Source: Alphaproteobacteria bacterium (lineage in GTDB: Bacteria > Pseudomonadota > Alphaproteobacteria > GM7ARS4 > G965262615). From it: 64,000 nt of DNA. The notes under the pieces are model-generated. The model had not been told where the DNA came from, searched no databases, and was given only the letters and a program-made list of their open reading frames with translations. This document shows positions 58,129 to 64,000 of the stretch, piece after piece. The position numbers and the translations under genes were made by a program. How positions within the stretch are numbered: position 1 is the first letter of the stretch; every line of letters starts with the position of its first letter. Location: the NCBI GenBank assembly GCA_965262615.1, contig OZ253545.1, positions 352,001 through 416,000 of the forward strand. Reading direction: 5' to 3'.

Positions 58129-60068
58129 TTCCTATTGATAAGCTGCTCACCTACCGATGGCAAGGCGATGGGGAGGCTCATTGTGGCACGCTGGTGGATG
58201 TGGAAGTGGGTCGCCGCAGGGTCACGGGATGCGTCTGGCACGATGATGACGACAAAAAGTCGTGGGATGAAAATCGCTTGAAAGAAGCATCACAGATTGC
58301 GGGCGCGCCGCGCTTTGGCTCTGATTTTATGTCATTTTTGCAATGGACGGCACACTGGAGCTACAATGCGCGCGGGCTCATTTTGAAAATGGCACTGGGA
58401 GCATCACTGCGTCTGAAAGGTAATTTTGACGCGAGCGATGCGGTGGAAGATAAAACGAAGGGGACATCTTTTGACTTGACGCAAGAGCAACAAACGGCAT
58501 GGCGGCGATTGATTGCAAAGAAATCGGGCGTGGTGCTGCTTGATGGAGTCACAGGCTCTGGTAAGACTCTGGTTTATATGGAGGCGATGGCTCACCACAT
58601 GGCATCAGGTGGTCAGGTGTTGGTTCTGCTGCCTGAGATTGCCCTTGTGCCTCAGTGGTTGTCGGTGTTTGAGGGGCGTTTTGGCTTTACGCCATTGTTG
58701 TGGCATAGCCAGTTGACACCGCGTATGCGCCGTCACACTTGGTTTTGTGCGGCGGCGGGCAATGCATCGGTTTTGGTGGGAACGCGCTCGGCATTGTTTT
58801 TGCCTCTGCCACGAGTGTCACTCATTGTGGTGGATGAGGAACACGACACCAGCTACAAACAAGAACAGGGAGTGATTTATCACGGACGCGACATGGCAAT
58901 CGCCCGCGCTCATCATGAAGGAATTCCCATTGTGCTGACATCGGCAACGCCCTCTCTTGAAACGGCAGCACATGTGGCATCAGGAAAATATGATTCCGTG
59001 CCACTAAAAAATCGCTATCAAGGCAGGTTGGCGACCATTCACACGATTGATATGCGCCGCCACGGAGCAACATCGGCGCGCTCTGATATCATCTCACCGC
59101 CACTGCAAAAGGCAATTCATGGAGCGCGAGCGCGAGGGCGACAGTGTTTGTTGTTTGTCAATCGGCGAGGTTATGCGCCTTTGACGCTGTGTCGGTCCTG
59201 TGGGCATCGGGTCACGGGACCTCAATGTGAGAATAGTCTTGTGTGGCATGTGTTTCGTAAAAAATTGATGTGCCATTACTGTGGATATGAACAAGACAAG
59301 CCGTCTCATTGCCCTGAGTGTGGCAAGAAGAATTTAATTCTGGTGGGCATGGGAGTGGAACGATTGGAGGAGGAAGCCAATCGTTTGTTTGCGGGAGAGG
59401 TCATTCGCGTTATTTCCAGTGATCGCATGGCGAAAAAATCGGCGTTGGAGACCACATTAAAAGAATTGCGAGAGGGCACGATTGGCATTGCCATCGGCAC
59501 ACAGATGATTGCCAAGGGGCATCATTTTCCTCATCTGGGATTGGTGGGCGTGATTGATGCCGATATGGGGCTTGCCAGTGATGATTTGCGTGCGGCGGAG
59601 CGATGTTATCAGACATTGCATCAGGTGGGAGGACGAGCGGGGCGAGAGAATCAGGATGGCGAGATTTATGTGCAAACCTACCAGCCGCATCATGCCGTGA
59701 TTGAGGCGTTGTGTTCTTATGATCGCGACCGATTTGTGTCATTGGAATTGAAAGGACGGCAGCGTTATGGCTTGCCTCCGTATGGTCGGCTGGCGGCGGT
59801 GATTGTCAGTGGACGCAATGGCGCACAGGTGGAAGAGGTGGCACAATCACTGGCAAAGAGCGCGCCGCAGCACAAGGAAATTCGGCTTTATGATGCAGTG
59901 CCCGCGCCCATTTTTATCGTGGCGGGAAGAAGGCGATGGCGGCTTTTGGTGAGCACGCAAAAGACCGACTATGCTCTGGCTTCCTACATGCGCTTGTGGT
60001 TGGGGCAGAAAAAAATACCCTCATCGGTCAAGATAGAGGTTGATATTGATCCCATGCACTTCTTGTAA
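58107..60068 (+). CDS. priA: Primosomal protein N'
   Basis: GVTGSGKT, DEEH, NRRGYAP, Cys-rich region and QVGGRAGR. Confidence 0.95.
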   Translation: MISVLTPLPIDKLLTYRWQGDGEAHCGTLVDVEVGRRRVTGCVWHDDDDKKSWDENRLKEASQIAGAPRFGSDFMSFLQWTAHWSYNARGLILKMALGASLRLKGNFDASDAVEDKTKGTSFDLTQEQQTAWRRLIAKKSGVVLLDGVTGSGKTLVYMEAMAHHMASGGQVLVLLPEIALVPQWLSVFEGRFGFTPLLWHSQLTPRMRRHTWFCAAAGNASVLVGTRSALFLPLPRVSLIVVDEEHDTSYKQEQGVIYHGRDMAIARAHHEGIPIVLTSATPSLETAAHVASGKYDSVPLKNRYQGRLATIHTIDMRRHGATSARSDIISPPLQKAIHGARARGRQCLLFVNRRGYAPLTLCRSCGHRVTGPQCENSLVWHVFRKKLMCHYCGYEQDKPSHCPECGKKNLILVGMGVERLEEEANRLFAGEVIRVISSDRMAKKSALETTLKELREGTIGIAIGTQMIAKGHHFPHLGLVGVIDADMGLASDDLRAAERCYQTLHQVGGRAGRENQDGEIYVQTYQPHHAVIEALCSYDRDRFVSLELKGRQRYGLPPYGRLAAVIVSGRNGAQVEEVAQSLAKSAPQHKEIRLYDAVPAPIFIVAGRRRWRLLVSTQKTDYALASYMRLWLGQKKIPSSVKIEVDIDPMHFL

Positions 60069-60122
60069 CGGAGCATCCCTTGTCAGAAGATGCTCTTTGT
60101 GTTAGGTGAGAGGAATTGACTG

Positions 60123-60692
60123 ATGGGAGGAGCTTCATCCACTTTAGAGCGCGTGGCGACTCGCTATGGGCGGGCGTTGTATGGCGCGGCACACGCACAG
60201 GCGAGTTGCGATGCGGTGCGCCATGATTGCGAGCGGCTCGCAACATTGCTTGAGGAGGTGCCAACACTCAGACGCTTCATTGCTAACCCCACTCATCGCC
60301 ATGATGACAAGGCGCGTGCTGTCTCATTGGTGGCGCGCCAGATGAAATGCCATGAGGTGACGGCGCGCTTTTTGCTGGTTTTGGCGCAGCGAGGACGGCT
60401 TGGGATTTTTGCCATCATTGCACGCCACTTTGCCGCTTTGTGTGATGAGGAAAACAATGTGATGACGGTCGCCGTCACATCGGCGCATCCTTTGACACAG
60501 CAACAGCAGCAGCAATTGGTGTTGCTGCTCAGTGATTATTATGGCAAGAGTGTGACTCTTGCGTTGCAGTTAAATGAATCTTTGCTGGGGGGATTGCGTT
60601 TGGAGGCGAATCATCGCCTCTATGATGCCTCCGTTGCCACCGCATTGCATGATATGACACAGCAATTAGAGATGAAAGGAATGGTGTCATGA
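60123..60692 (+). CDS. atpH: ATP synthase delta subunit
   Basis: [17 protein letters not shown] and LLGGL motifs; first gene of the F1 operon. Confidence 0.9.
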   Translation: MGGASSTLERVATRYGRALYGAAHAQASCDAVRHDCERLATLLEEVPTLRRFIANPTHRHDDKARAVSLVARQMKCHEVTARFLLVLAQRGRLGIFAIIARHFAALCDEENNVMTVAVTSAHPLTQQQQQQLVLLLSDYYGKSVTLALQLNESLLGGLRLEANHRLYDASVATALHDMTQQLEMKGMVS

Positions 60693-62241
60693 CAATTAAT
60701 GCAACGGAAATTGCCTCGTTGTTGGAAAAAGAGATTGCGGGCTTTGAACAAGAGACCGTATTGGAGGAGGTGGGTTATGTCATTTCGGTTGGCGATGGCA
60801 TTGCTCGTGTGTATGGTTTGGACAATGTGCGCGCGGGCGAGATGGTGTCGTTTGATGGTGGCATCAAGGGCATGGCTCTGAATTTGGAAACGGATAATGT
60901 GGGCGTTGTGATTTTTGGCAGTGACCGCACCATTAAAGAGGGGTCGGTTGTCAAACGCACGGGAGCGATTTTGGAAGCTCCTGTGGGCATGGGATTGCTT
61001 GGCAGAGTGGTGGATGCTTTGGGCAATCCTCTTGATGGCAACGGCGCGCTCAAGGATGTGAAAAATCATCGCGTGGAAGTGAAAGCACCAGGCATCATTC
61101 CGCGCCGCTCGGTGCATGAGCCTGTGCAGACGGGGCTTAAGTCCATTGATAGCCTTATTCCCATCGGCAGAGGACAGCGGGAATTGATTATTGGTGATCG
61201 CCAGACGGGAAAAACGGCGGTGATTATTGATACCATCCTCAACCAAAAAAAGGTTAATGATGCGGCAAAGAGCGAGCAGGAGAAACTGTTTTGCATCTAT
61301 GTGGCGGTGGGACAAAAACGCTCCACAGTGGCGCGGGTGGTTAAAACTTTGCACGATCATGGCGCGCTGGATTACACCATTGTGGTCTCGGCGACAGCGT
61401 CTGATGCCGCGCCCATGCAGTTTTTAGCGCCTTACACGGGGTGTTTGATGGGGGAATTTTTCAGAGACAACGGCAAGCATGCGGTCATTTTTTATGATGA
61501 TTTGTCTCGTCAGGCGGTGGCGTATCGTCAGATGTCTTTGTTGTTGCGCCGTCCTCCTGGCAGAGAGGCGTATCCGGGGGATGTGTTCTATTTGCACTCA
61601 CGCCTTTTGGAGCGTGCCGCTAAAATGAACGATGAGAACGGCGGCGGCTCGCTCACTGCCTTGCCGGTGATTGAGACGCAGGCGGGTGATGTCAGTGCCT
61701 ACATTCCCACCAATGTGATTTCCATCACCGATGGGCAAATTTTTCTTGAGACGGAATTGTTTTATAAGGGCATTCGCCCAGCTGTGAATGTGGGGCTATC
61801 GGTGAGTCGGGTGGGCTCGGCGGCACAAATCAAAGCCATGAAGCAGGTCGCAGGAACGATTAAGTTGGAGCTGGCACAATATCGTGAAATGGCGGCTTTT
61901 TCTCAGTTTGCTTCCGACTTGGATGCCTCCACTCGCAAAATGCTCGCACGGGGTGAGCGATTGACCGAATTGCTCAAACAGTCCCAGTATCAGCCGCTGG
62001 CGGTGGAGGAGCAGGTCGCCGTTATTTTCGCGGGAGTCAAAGGACTGCTTGATGAGTGTGAGGTCAGAGATATTTCACAGATGGAGGAATTGATTCTCCA
62101 AGAAGTGCGCCAAAAAGGCTCTGCCATTTTGAAAAATATTCGTGAGACCAAGTCTCTTTCTCAAGACGATGAAAAGAAGCTGCATCAGATCATCTCGCAG
62201 GTGGTGACGCAGCATCGACAAAGACAAAAGCGAGCATCGTA

Positions 62242-62242
<1 letters not shown>
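60689..62242 (+). CDS. atpA: ATP synthase alpha subunit
   Basis: GDRQTGKT and [21 protein letters not shown] motifs. Confidence 0.98.

Positions 62243-64000
<1,758 letters not shown>

Overview
A compact alphaproteobacterial chromosome segment with divergent housekeeping genes: aroE-coaE-dnaQ-purEK, rpsU, petABC, hemF, argH/lysA, gyrA-coaD, sucAB-lpdA, xerC, priA and atpHAGD. It holds three standard tRNAs, one non-canonical tRNA (leucine-type body with a GUC/Asp anticodon) and an IS1595 remnant. The main accessory region is 35.0-50.5 kb, next to tRNA-Arg. It is an intact, structural-only cluster of a Mu-like head and a non-contractile tail, with no portal, terminase, transposase/integrase or lysis genes in the window. 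Between the tail chaperone and a short tape measure, an opposite-strand array of six paralogous genes interrupts it. These genes encode predicted secreted proteins built from 5-6 near-identical 41-aa Cys-containing repeats of a family I do not recognise. Other oddities are a split CCA-adding enzyme gene and an argH frameshift that fuses it to a small lipoprotein. All family calls are by eye from motifs and gene context, and no searches were run. Some start codons were adjusted from the ORF track.
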